Positions 50,050-61,223 of a stretch of 64,000 nt of DNA are shown one piece after another. Origin of the DNA: an uncultured Bacilli bacterium. GTDB lineage: Bacteria; Bacillota_I; Bacilli_A; RF39; UBA660. Below the pieces are notes generated by a model. That model was not told the origin of the DNA. It saw only the letters and a list, made by a program, of their open reading frames with translations, and searched no databases. The position numbers and the translations under genes were made by a program. The stretch lies in NCBI GenBank assembly GCA_947632325.1, contig CANROU010000003.1, positions 8,732 to 72,731 on the forward strand, read 5' to 3'. Position 1 is the first letter of the stretch, and the number at the start of each line of letters is the position of its first letter.

Positions 50050-50516
50050 TGTGTGGCCTCCCGATTTTTAGTCCAACTATAACTATCTTTAGCATGGTGT
50101 TTATACGCTATAATTGGAAAATCGCTAATTTCTTCATTATTTTTCTTAATTAATACCTGAAAATCATAAAATTTCTTTTGATTATCTTCAAAATAATTTA
50201 ATAATTTATCAGCTAATACTCTAGCATCTGCCACTGATGCTTCATCAGCAACAGTTATAATAAAGTTAATTAATTTGCCTTTTGTTTCTTGAGAAATATC
50301 AACAACAAGGCCTTCTTGTTTCATTTCACCAATTATTTGTTCATATTTTGAATCTTTAATCTTAACCTCTTCTATGCCATCTAAACGATCTCCATAAACT
50401 GCATTGCCTGTATCAGGGAAAAAGATTTGCATTGCTTTAGCAGCAATAAATATCAATAAAACAAAAGCCACAATTACTATAATAGTATACTTATTTCTTT
50501 TAACAAACTTCTTCAT
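50046..50516 (-). CDS. Hypothetical membrane-anchored protein
   Basis: N-terminal TM, YGDRLDGI motif; start refined to 50516. Confidence 0.7.
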   Translation of the reverse strand: MKKFVKRNKYTIIVIVAFVLLIFIAAKAMQIFFPDTGNAVYGDRLDGIEEVKIKDSKYEQIIGEMKQEGLVVDISQETKGKLINFIITVADEASVADARVLADKLLNYFEDNQKKFYDFQVLIKKNNEEISDFPIIAYKHHAKDSYSWTKNREATQ

Positions 50517-50568
50517 TCTATCACATCCTATTATACCTATTATACAACATCTTTTAACATCTGGCAAT

Positions 50569-51990
50569 TTATACTTTCTTTAATTCTTCTTGTAATAACT
50601 TATTAGCTACAGCGGGATTAGCCGCTCCTTTTGTTTCCTTCATAATTTGACCCATGAGGTATTTAATAGCTCTATCATGACCATTATGATATGCTTCAAC
50701 ACTTTCGGGATTATTCTCTATTATATTCTTAATAATTTTAATTAGAAGTTCTGTATCATTGATATTCTCAATGCCTTTTTCTTTTAATAATGTATCAACA
50801 TCTTTAGTAGTCTCTAGATAATCAATTAAAATATCTTTTATATTCTTATTAGTAATCTTGCCTTCTTTTAATGATGTTAAAAGCTCAAGACACCTGGTTT
50901 TAGACAAATTAGTATCTGTTAAATCCTTCATTGTTCTATTAAGATAAGCACTAATATCCCCTAATAATAAATTACTTAAAACAACAAAATCAATATCTTC
51001 ATCTAAAAATAAATTTATATAATCACTTAATGGTTTATTTTGTAAAAGTTTTTTAATATTAATATCACTAATATTGCGTTTCTTATAAGCTTCTATTCTA
51101 TCATCAGGTAACATAGGCATATTATCTTTAGTATCCCTGATAAATTCCTTGCTTAGATGTAATTTAGGAATATCTGGTTCTGGGAAATAGCGATAATCAT
51201 TACCAATTTCTTTAACCCTCATCAAAATAGTGGTACCACTGACATCGTCAAAACGTCTCGTTTCTTCTTGAATAACAATACCTTGATTTAACAATTCCTC
51301 TTGTCGTGTGGCTTCTTTATCTATAGCAATACCAACATTTCTAATGGAGCTGATATTTTTAATCTCTGTCCTAGTGCCTAATTGTTCGGTTTTACTAATC
51401 GAAACATTAACATCACAACGCATACTGCCTTCTTCCATCTTACAATCTGAAACATCAGCGTAAAGAAGTAATTGTCTTAGTTTTTCTAAATATAACATTG
51501 CTTCATCACTACTAGTCATGTCCGGTTCTGTGACAATTTCAATCAAAGGAACTCCTGCTCTATTAAAATCGAGATATGAGTGATCCGTTTGATGAACACT
51601 TTTGGCTGTATCTTCTTCAATATGAATATCATGAATCCTAATTTTTTTGCTATTTTCATCTTCACCAATTTCTACATATCCATTAATTCCAATGGGTGTT
51701 CTTGCCTGGGTAATTTGATAACCCTTTGGTAAATCGGGATAAAAATAATTTTTACGATCAAAAAACATATCTTCATTAATCTCACAATTAAGCGCTAAAG
51801 CAGCTCTAAGGGCTAACATAACCGCACCATAATTGACAGTAGGAAGAGTTCCAGGATAAGCCAAATCAAGTAACGTAATATTAGAATTAGCTTCATCTCC
51901 ATAAGCATTAGCTGCTGAAGAAAACATTTTAGTATTAGTTTTTAATTCACAGTGGACTTCGATACCAACTGTTTTTTTATAATCACTCAT
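50569..51990 (-). CDS. gatB: Asp/Glu-tRNA amidotransferase subunit B
   Basis: GIEVHCEL, RKNYFYPDLPKGYQITQ, MEEGSMRCDVNVS, DYRYFPEPD. Confidence 0.97.
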   Translation of the reverse strand: MSDYKKTVGIEVHCELKTNTKMFSSAANAYGDEANSNITLLDLAYPGTLPTVNYGAVMLALRAALALNCEINEDMFFDRKNYFYPDLPKGYQITQARTPIGINGYVEIGEDENSKKIRIHDIHIEEDTAKSVHQTDHSYLDFNRAGVPLIEIVTEPDMTSSDEAMLYLEKLRQLLLYADVSDCKMEEGSMRCDVNVSISKTEQLGTRTEIKNISSIRNVGIAIDKEATRQEELLNQGIVIQEETRRFDDVSGTTILMRVKEIGNDYRYFPEPDIPKLHLSKEFIRDTKDNMPMLPDDRIEAYKKRNISDINIKKLLQNKPLSDYINLFLDEDIDFVVLSNLLLGDISAYLNRTMKDLTDTNLSKTRCLELLTSLKEGKITNKNIKDILIDYLETTKDVDTLLKEKGIENINDTELLIKIIKNIIENNPESVEAYHNGHDRAIKYLMGQIMKETKGAANPAVANKLLQEELKKV

Positions 51991-53452
51991 CCTTTATCCC
52001 TCCTTCCCTATAGTTAGGTTGTAAAGATAATTTTAATATTTCCTCTAAACGAGAGGCAAGCTGATACATTTTAGCTTCTTCAAAATAATTACCAATAATA
52101 TGAAGGCCAATAGGCATATGATCACGAGAAAAACCAACAGGAATATTCATCCCTGGTAAGCCGGCCATATTAACTGGTATTACTAATACATCGTCTAAGA
52201 AGGCTTTTAAAGGATTATCCATATCTTCTCCTAGATTATACGCTACTGTGGTAGTAGTTGGACCAATGATCATATCATATTTAGCAAAACACTTGGCAAA
52301 ACTTTTACAGATATCATCACGAATCATAAGGGCTTTATCATAGTATGTTTTAGCATTCTCTCCACTTAATAAATAAGACCCTACCATGATTCTTCTTTTT
52401 ACTTCATCACCAAAACCCTCTTGCCTACTTTTAAGATATAAATCATCTAAATTTTGACATTTATCATATGAATAGCCATAACGAATACCATCAAAGCGTG
52501 CCAAATTACTACTAGCTTCTCCCATAGCAATTATTTGATAAAGGGTTACTGACTTATCTAAATATGGCAAATCGACATAATCGACTTGTACCCCTTCTTT
52601 TTCTAGTAATGATGCCACGTCATGTACTTTTTCAACAATCTCCTTATCAACTATCTCACTAACAAAATAATTAGGTATAGCGATTTTCATCCCTTTTATA
52701 TCTTGTTTCATAAACCGAGTAAAGTCTTCATCTTCTTTATCTACACTGGTTAAATCATGTTCATCTTTACCCACTATCGCATTTAACAGTAACGCATTAT
52801 CATAAACATTACGTGTCATAGGCCCAATTTGATCTAAACTAGATGCAAAAGCAATCAAACCATAACGAGACACTCTACCATAAGTAGGTTTCATTCCCAC
52901 AATACCTGTATAGCTAGCTGGTTGTCTAATACTACCACCAGTATCGCTACCAAGGGCTAAAGGAGTCATTCTACTAGATACAGCTACAGCACTACCACCA
53001 GATGAGCCACCCGCAATGCGTTTTAGATTCCATGGATTATGTGGTGCTTTAAAGTAACTTGTTTGAGAGGTAGATCCCATGGCAAATTCATCCATATTAG
53101 TTTTACCTATAATAATCATATGTTTATTTTTTATTTTTTCAACAACGCTTGCATTATATATAGGTACAAAATTAGCTAACATCTTAGAAGCACAGGTAGT
53201 TCTTAAATCTTTTGTAACTATATTGTCTTTAATCGCTATAGGAATGCCAAATAATAGATTATCTACTTCCGCCATCTCTAATTCTTTAGCGTCTTTAATA
53301 GCTTGTTCTTTGTTTAAAGTGATAAAAGCATTAAGTTCTTTATTTTGTTCAATTCTATCAAATGATTCCATTACCAAATCTAAAGGACTTATTTCTTTAT
53401 TTTTTAATTTTTCATTAATTTCAGTGATACTTAGATCTAAATATTTACTCAT
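51983..53452 (-). CDS. gatA: Asp/Glu-tRNA amidotransferase subunit A
   Basis: GKTNMDEFAMGS, GGSSGGS, GSDTGGSIRQPA, SSNLARFDG. Confidence 0.97.
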   Translation of the reverse strand: MSKYLDLSITEINEKLKNKEISPLDLVMESFDRIEQNKELNAFITLNKEQAIKDAKELEMAEVDNLLFGIPIAIKDNIVTKDLRTTCASKMLANFVPIYNASVVEKIKNKHMIIIGKTNMDEFAMGSTSQTSYFKAPHNPWNLKRIAGGSSGGSAVAVSSRMTPLALGSDTGGSIRQPASYTGIVGMKPTYGRVSRYGLIAFASSLDQIGPMTRNVYDNALLLNAIVGKDEHDLTSVDKEDEDFTRFMKQDIKGMKIAIPNYFVSEIVDKEIVEKVHDVASLLEKEGVQVDYVDLPYLDKSVTLYQIIAMGEASSNLARFDGIRYGYSYDKCQNLDDLYLKSRQEGFGDEVKRRIMVGSYLLSGENAKTYYDKALMIRDDICKSFAKCFAKYDMIIGPTTTTVAYNLGEDMDNPLKAFLDDVLVIPVNMAGLPGMNIPVGFSRDHMPIGLHIIGNYFEEAKMYQLASRLEEILKLSLQPNYREGGIKDE

Positions 53453-53741
53453 GAATCATCACCGGCACTTCTATTAAATTTCCACTAGTATGAGGTATAT
53501 TATCTCTTACTAAAGAGAAAGAAATAGTATCCTTTTCCACATCAGGACGCATCTTAATTTCTTCTTTCACAGGTGTAATCATCATATCTTTATCATAGTT
53601 AGTTACATCCTTAATTTTATCTACTTCATCTAATAATTCCTTTAGTTGTACCCGATACTTTTCAATCTCAGCATCATTAATATTAATTCTAGCCAAATGA
53701 GCCACATGTAATACTTCTTCTCTACTTAATTTATCTGTCAT
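53445..53741 (-). CDS. gatC: Asp/Glu-tRNA amidotransferase subunit C
   Basis: EEVLHVAHLARI, MRPD, VP; start refined to 53741. Confidence 0.92.
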   Translation of the reverse strand: MTDKLSREEVLHVAHLARININDAEIEKYRVQLKELLDEVDKIKDVTNYDKDMMITPVKEEIKMRPDVEKDTISFSLVRDNIPHTSGNLIEVPVMIHE

Positions 53742-53881
53742 TAGCCTCTTCCTTTCTTCTACACACATAGTATATCAAAAAAATACCAAAGATGGTATCT
53801 TTATATTCATATTATAACTTAATTAATATTTATTTTTTAATTCCAATAATTTTGGACAAGAAAAACACTTTATTTAAGTGT

Positions 53882-54586
53882 TTAACGCATAAAGCAATCT
53901 CGCATAATTATTTGATTAGGATTTTTACTATTAGCATCAACAAATCCTGAGACACTTCCTACAAATGATACCGTAGTATCTACGCCATAGCCAGATAAAT
54001 CAATATCCTTATCATACATATTACCTACTACATCTAAAGTATATTTACCATCTGGATCGGTATAACGAATTGTTAATACTTTCTTTTGATTATCTACTGT
54101 ATAAACAGAACCTGTTAATTTTAGATATTCATCATAATATTTTTGATATGTTTCCTTGGGATAATTACGATACGCAATAGCTAAATCCAATATATCAATG
54201 TTTGTTTCATGAGCAGTATATGGCATTGTCCAAAAACCTACCTTAGTACCATGTTTGCCTTCTTCTTGATTATATTTTATTACTTTATAACCAATACCGT
54301 AATAAACCTTAGTACCACCATCTTTATACACATTAGTGCGTACAGCAAAGAAAGGTCCAACGTGAAATTTTAAAACACATATTAAATCAATGGTTATAAT
54401 GGCCAATATTGCGATAATAGCAATAAAAATTATATTAATTATTTTTTTATAATTTATTATTTTCTTTTCGCCATTAACCTTTTTACTTTTCTTATCTTTC
54501 TTATAACTTTTTCTAGTTTTTATTTCTTTAATGCTTTTATGTTTCTTTTCTGCTTGTTGTTCTTCTGTAACCAATCCCTTTCTCAT
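53882..54586 (-). CDS. Hypothetical membrane protein (DGGT..Y.G.GY motif, possible C-terminal OB-like domain)
   Basis: Lys-rich N-terminus, one TM, RBS GAGGTG. Confidence 0.7.
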   Translation of the reverse strand: MRKGLVTEEQQAEKKHKSIKEIKTRKSYKKDKKSKKVNGEKKIINYKKIINIIFIAIIAILAIITIDLICVLKFHVGPFFAVRTNVYKDGGTKVYYGIGYKVIKYNQEEGKHGTKVGFWTMPYTAHETNIDILDLAIAYRNYPKETYQKYYDEYLKLTGSVYTVDNQKKVLTIRYTDPDGKYTLDVVGNMYDKDIDLSGYGVDTTVSFVGSVSGFVDANSKNPNQIIMRDCFMR

Positions 54587-54640
54587 ATTATCACCTCAAT
54601 TTTAATTATATAATAAGTAACTATTTTTAGCTATATTTTT

Positions 54641-56731
<2,091 letters not shown>

Positions 56732-56758
56732 TTAAAAAGAGCCGAGTTTGATATCTAC

Positions 56759-56835
56759 TGGGGCGATATAAGAGGATCGAACTCTTGCATACTGGTGCCA
56801 CAAACCAGCGTGTTAACCACTTCACCAATATCGCC
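56759..56835 (-). tRNA. tRNA-His (GUG)
   Basis: GGCGATATTGGTGAAGTGGTTAACACGCTGGTTTGTGGCACCAGT...GTTCGAT...ATATCGCCCCA; G-1:C73 pair, encoded CCA. Confidence 0.97.
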
Positions 56836-56852
56836 ATGTCAAATACGTTTTT

Positions 56853-56881
56853 ATTTTATCAATATTTCGCTGGTTTGACAA
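56853..56881 (-). promoter_or_regulatory. sigma-A promoter for tRNA-His
   Basis: TTGTCA-N17-TAAAAT. Confidence 0.65.
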
Positions 56882-56929
56882 CCCTTTTTATTTATTTTAG
56901 AAAAAAAAGACTGTAAATACAGTCATAAA

Positions 56930-57517
56930 TTAATCTTGACGTGGTTCAATTTTATTTGGCAATTCAAATTTTGTTTGATAATATTCAAATAACTCTTTAA
57001 AACGATTGTAATGAACTATTTCACGTTGTCTTAACCATAAAAGTGGGCCAATTACATCAGGATCATCCGCCAAATCTATCAAATTTTCATATACAGCTCT
57101 AGCTTTTTGTTCGGCAGCCATATCTTCCATTATATCCGCTAAAGGATCACCGGTTGTAGCAAAGTATGCCACCGTAAATGGAACTCCATTAGCATCTGTT
57201 GGAAATAATGCTCTAGAATGTTCAGCATAATGACTGCTTAGTCCTGCAGCTTCAAGCTCTTCAATAGTAGCGTCTTTCATCAATTGATAAACCATTGTGG
57301 AAATCATTTCAATATGAGCCAATTCTTCTGTCCCAATATCAGTAAGCAAGGCCTTCCCTTTATTATCTGGCATAGTATAACGTTGATTTAAATATCTAAG
57401 CGCTGCGGCTAATTCACCATTAGCACCACCATATTGAGTAACTAAATATTTAGCCATTCTTAAATCTTTCTTTTTAATATTAACTGGATATTGCAATCTT
57501 TTTTGATATGACCACAT
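56930..57517 (-). CDS. cotJC: Spore coat protein CotJC (Mn-catalase family)
   Basis: MWSYQKRLQYPV, QYGG..GEL.A, DIGTEELAH.E, AAEQKAR..Y, REIVH. Confidence 0.95.
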   Translation of the reverse strand: MWSYQKRLQYPVNIKKKDLRMAKYLVTQYGGANGELAAALRYLNQRYTMPDNKGKALLTDIGTEELAHIEMISTMVYQLMKDATIEELEAAGLSSHYAEHSRALFPTDANGVPFTVAYFATTGDPLADIMEDMAAEQKARAVYENLIDLADDPDVIGPLLWLRQREIVHYNRFKELFEYYQTKFELPNKIEPRQD

Positions 57518-57518
57518 T

Positions 57519-58025
57519 TTATATACCCCCTTCATCCCATGGAAAATTAAGTTGTTCCCACATCCAAGGGAATTGATTTAATTGTTCACTTGTTATTGTT
57601 ATAGGACCAAATTTTTCTTCATAAGCTCTTAAAGCCTGATTAGCCATAGTGCGATAATCGTTAAATAATCGTACTATCGTCCTATCATCTGGATAATTAT
57701 CTAAATATAAATTTAACTCATGGGCCGCGAAAGCTAATTGAGCATAATTTAAATACATACGTTGTTGTTCATTATTAGCTGTCAAAACAGCAGGTTTATA
57801 ATTCTTGTATTGTTGATAAAGGTTCCCAAACAAATTACCTCTTATAAAGGCCTCTTGGGGTGTCAATAAGGCAACTGGACTATTATTACTAGGTTGAATC
57901 CCATTAGGATTATTTATATTTGAGTTATTATTTTGATTCATATTAACCGCTGGTTGACTAAATGTTTGTCGATCAAAAGGCATCATGTTTGAATTAACAT
58001 TATCCCGTTCATCATAATAATTCAT
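57519..58025 (-). CDS. cotJB: Fused CotJA-CotJB spore coat protein
   Basis: CotJA-like EAFIRGNLFGNLY..Y followed in frame by CotJB FAAHELNLYLD.YPDD...YEEKFGPI...W.W...FPW. Confidence 0.85.
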   Translation of the reverse strand: MNYYDERDNVNSNMMPFDRQTFSQPAVNMNQNNNSNINNPNGIQPSNNSPVALLTPQEAFIRGNLFGNLYQQYKNYKPAVLTANNEQQRMYLNYAQLAFAAHELNLYLDNYPDDRTIVRLFNDYRTMANQALRAYEEKFGPITITSEQLNQFPWMWEQLNFPWDEGGI

Positions 58026-58045
58026 AAAATTCCTCCTTCAACATT

Positions 58046-58075
58046 AGTCTATGTCCCCAAGACAAATGTGTATGG
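58046..58075 (-). promoter_or_regulatory. sigma-E-type promoter for cotJ operon
   Basis: Minus strand cATA-N17-CATAGACT upstream of RBS GGAGG; cotJ is sigE-controlled in Bacillus. Confidence 0.6.
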
Positions 58076-58129
58076 GATAATGTCTAGATAACTATAATTT
58101 TTTTATCAATAAAAAAGAAATTATCTTAG

Positions 58130-59092
58130 TTAGATAATTTCCGTATTGTTATTTTCCGTATTCTGTTTATCCATTAATTGTTCTTTAAAAACTTCATTAA
58201 AGTGAACGAGCTCTTTTTTTATGACATCAGGATAAACATTTTTGCTATTTTCGATTGCTTTATATATATGTTTAATATCAACTTCTTTTTTATTATCAAA
58301 TACAGCATAAGAGAAAGCTTGTTGAAGTAAAGTTAAAGCAATATCGGGATATCTTGATCCTATTTCATAAATACGACGATATTCACTAGTTAAATCAACT
58401 ATAAAGCCCATGATTTTTTCTTGAATAAAACTAGTATATTTTAATTTAACGCCTGTCTTTTTTTCAATCTTTGGTAAAGTACCCATTAATATTTGAATCG
58501 TCTCTTCCCTAGTTGGCTCTAAGACATCAACCCTTTGAAACCGTCTAACAAAAGCTTTATCACGAAGTATATATCTTTCGTATTCGACAGTAGTAGTAGC
58601 GCCTATAACTTTAATATCACCACGATCTAGCCCTGGTTTAAAAATATTAGCAAAGTCCATCGATTCCCCTTTACCAATTAGAGTATGAATCTCATCAATA
58701 AACAATATTAATTTTTTTTGGTTTTTAATTTCATTTAATAACATTTGAATACGAGGAACACCACTTACTGGATCTTGTCCAATTAAAGAAGCTGTATTTA
58801 TTTTAATAATAGTATAATTCTTTAGAGCATCTGGCACATCATTATTTATTATTCTATAAGCCAATCCTTCGACAATGGCTGTCTTACCTACACCTGGTTT
58901 TCCTGTTAAAATAGCTGATTTCTCCGGAGTCAAAAGAATTAAAATTAATTGTTTTATCTCTTCATCTCGTCCAATAGCTGGATTAGTAATATATTCTTTT
59001 TGCGTAAAATTTTCACCATATGTGGTTAGAATACCTACTTCTTTATTATTTGTATCATCTAATATTTCCACATTATCCTGATCTTTATTCAT
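58130..59092 (-). CDS. Single-module Clp/Hsp100-like AAA+ ATPase (D1 only)
   Basis: P.IGR.EEI, Walker A GKPGVGKT, Walker B LFIDEIH, IGATT..EY, D.AF.RRF; start refined to 59092 behind GGAGG. Confidence 0.85.
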   Translation of the reverse strand: MNKDQDNVEILDDTNNKEVGILTTYGENFTQKEYITNPAIGRDEEIKQLILILLTPEKSAILTGKPGVGKTAIVEGLAYRIINNDVPDALKNYTIIKINTASLIGQDPVSGVPRIQMLLNEIKNQKKLILFIDEIHTLIGKGESMDFANIFKPGLDRGDIKVIGATTTVEYERYILRDKAFVRRFQRVDVLEPTREETIQILMGTLPKIEKKTGVKLKYTSFIQEKIMGFIVDLTSEYRRIYEIGSRYPDIALTLLQQAFSYAVFDNKKEVDIKHIYKAIENSKNVYPDVIKKELVHFNEVFKEQLMDKQNTENNNTEII

Positions 59093-59144
59093 ATTACTAC
59101 CTCCTTCTAGTATTATAACATATTTTATTTCATTTTGTACTAAT

Positions 59145-59633
59145 CTATCGATAATAACCATTTAAATATCTACTATATTTTAAAAGTGGATAATCTACTA
59201 ATATTTTCTGTAATTCTTCTTTAGAAGCATTTATTTCTATTTTAGCAATACTAACACCATATTTGTTTATTTTTTCTATATCATCTCTTAGGCCATATCT
59301 TGTTAAAATATTAATATAATTATTAACAAAATACTCAATATTATAAAAAGAAAATTCCTGTAATTGTTGTAAAATTTTATCCTCATTTAACACTAAATTA
59401 TTTTGCGGATAAAGTTTCGTTATTTCTATATTATAAGGAGAAAAGAGTGTATCTATGTTTTGCGAATTACATAAAACTTTAGCACACGAAAGATAGTATC
59501 TAGTATTTTCAACTGTTTTTTCTTTAAAGACATCAACTACTAAAAAATCTTTTTGATTTTTATTTTTCTCTATTATAAATATAGATACACCCAACGCTAT
59601 TATTAATATACTAAGAAAATAATATTTTTTCAC
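59145..59633 (-). CDS. Hypothetical membrane-anchored protein
   Basis: GTG start behind AAAGGTGA; N-terminal TM. Confidence 0.65.
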   Translation of the reverse strand: MKKYYFLSILIIALGVSIFIIEKNKNQKDFLVVDVFKEKTVENTRYYLSCAKVLCNSQNIDTLFSPYNIEITKLYPQNNLVLNEDKILQQLQEFSFYNIEYFVNNYINILTRYGLRDDIEKINKYGVSIAKIEINASKEELQKILVDYPLLKYSRYLNGYYR

Positions 59634-59648
59634 TATTATCACCTTTTT

Positions 59649-59678
59649 TAGTATGCACCAAAAAAGCTAGCTATAAAC
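59649..59678 (-). promoter_or_regulatory. sigma-F/G-type promoter
   Basis: Minus strand GTTTA-N15-GTGCATACTA. Confidence 0.55.
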
Positions 59679-59691
59679 TTTTATACATTAA

Positions 59692-59718
59692 AAAGGACAG
59701 ATTTAAAACCTGTCCTTT
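59692..59718 (-). terminator. Intrinsic terminator after sspA
   Basis: AAAGGACAG-loop-CTGTCCTTT. Confidence 0.75.
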
Positions 59719-59731
59719 AATTTACAAATCA

Positions 59732-59947
59732 TTATTTGTTATTGTAACTTCCACTGATTTGGTTCATACCATTTTGAACTAAACGTCTTGTAATTTCACC
59801 ACCAACTGAACCGTTAGCACGAGCAGTAGCGTCTGCGCCTAAGTTAACACCAAATTCGTTAGCGATTTCATATTTCATTTTATCGATAGCTTGTTTAGCC
59901 CCTGGTACTCTCATTTTCATTGAAGAGCTGTTTTGATTTTGATTCAT
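59732..59947 (-). CDS. sspA: Alpha/beta-type small acid-soluble spore protein
   Basis: [35 protein letters not shown]; downstream of thiI as in Bacillus. Confidence 0.9.
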   Translation of the reverse strand: MNQNQNSSSMKMRVPGAKQAIDKMKYEIANEFGVNLGADATARANGSVGGEITRRLVQNGMNQISGSYNNK

Positions 59948-59970
59948 TATTTTCACCTCCTATACATTTA

Positions 59971-59999
59971 TAGATTGTGAAATTTTAACAAAATCATAC
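59971..59999 (-). promoter_or_regulatory. sigma-G-type promoter for sspA
   Basis: Minus strand GTATG-N17-CAATCTA. Confidence 0.6.
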
Positions 60000-60030
60000 G
60001 TATTTTAGATTGGTAATTTATACCTTTCTA

Positions 60031-61221
60031 TTATAATAAACCCTCATATTGTTTTTCTTCTTGATCTTTAATAGTAATTGTTTTAATTTTAGATAATGTA
60101 TCATCAATTAAATTGTTAAAATCATATTTTTGTTCAATTTTAAGACACTCTTCACTATTAGGATTAATAACTGGATGCTTTGGCACAAAAATAGTACAAC
60201 AATCCTCATATGGTAAAATACTAATATCATAAGTATCAATTTTTTTGGCAATGTCAATTATTTCTAATTTATCTAAACAAGCCACTGGTCTAATTATTGG
60301 TAAATTAGTAACTTCATTAATAACTTTCATACTAGTAAGTGTTTGACTAGCTACTTGTCCAATAGATTCCCCGTTAACAATAGCATAAGCTTTTCTTTGA
60401 TTGGCTAATTGTTCCATTATACGATACATCATTCGTCGCATAATAGTAATACCATAACTATGAGGAGCTACTTTATAAATTGCTTCTTGAATTTCTGTAA
60501 AGGGGACAATATGTAAAATTATTTTATCAGTATAAGTAACTAGTTTTTTTACTAAAGAAATAACTTTCTCACGAGCCTGTAGAGAAGTATGTGGTAAAGC
60601 TTCAAAATAAACAGCTTCTAATTTAATACCTCGTTTCATAGCTAGATAACCACTAACTGGTGAATCAATACCTCCGCTTAACATCAGCAAAGCCTTAGGT
60701 TGACTACCAACTGGGTATCCACCTAATCCATGATATTCATTGGTGTATAAATACGTAATATTATTAGCTTTAATTTCCACATGCATAATAACATCCGGAT
60801 TATGAACATCTACCTTAATATCTGGTTTATTTTTCAATATATAGCCACCAAGATGTTTACTTAATTCGACACTATTCATAGGAAAGCTTTTATCACTACG
60901 TTTAACTTCTACCTTAAATGTTTTAAATTTTACGAGATCTAAAATATTTATAATTTGCTTCTTAATGACTGATAGATCTGTTGTTATTTTATACGCTACA
61001 TGATATTTGTGAATCCCAAAAACGTGTTTAATTATTGGTAATATTTCTTCTAACTGGTCATTAGTAAAAATAATTTCCATACGGGACATTTCTTTGATAA
61101 TTTCTACATCATAATCTTTTAATTTATGTTTTAGCATTTCATATAAATTTTTAATAAAAAAATTACGATTACCTTTTTTAGTAGTTAATTCTCCATATTT
61201 AATTAAAATTACCTTTTCCAT
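60031..61221 (-). CDS. thiI: tRNA 4-thiouridine synthase ThiI
   Basis: YGELTTKKGNR, THUMP domain, LSGGIDSPV, GESIGQVASQT, EDCC. Confidence 0.95.
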   Translation of the reverse strand: MEKVILIKYGELTTKKGNRNFFIKNLYEMLKHKLKDYDVEIIKEMSRMEIIFTNDQLEEILPIIKHVFGIHKYHVAYKITTDLSVIKKQIINILDLVKFKTFKVEVKRSDKSFPMNSVELSKHLGGYILKNKPDIKVDVHNPDVIMHVEIKANNITYLYTNEYHGLGGYPVGSQPKALLMLSGGIDSPVSGYLAMKRGIKLEAVYFEALPHTSLQAREKVISLVKKLVTYTDKIILHIVPFTEIQEAIYKVAPHSYGITIMRRMMYRIMEQLANQRKAYAIVNGESIGQVASQTLTSMKVINEVTNLPIIRPVACLDKLEIIDIAKKIDTYDISILPYEDCCTIFVPKHPVINPNSEECLKIEQKYDFNNLIDDTLSKIKTITIKDQEEKQYEGLL

Positions 61222-61223
61222 AA

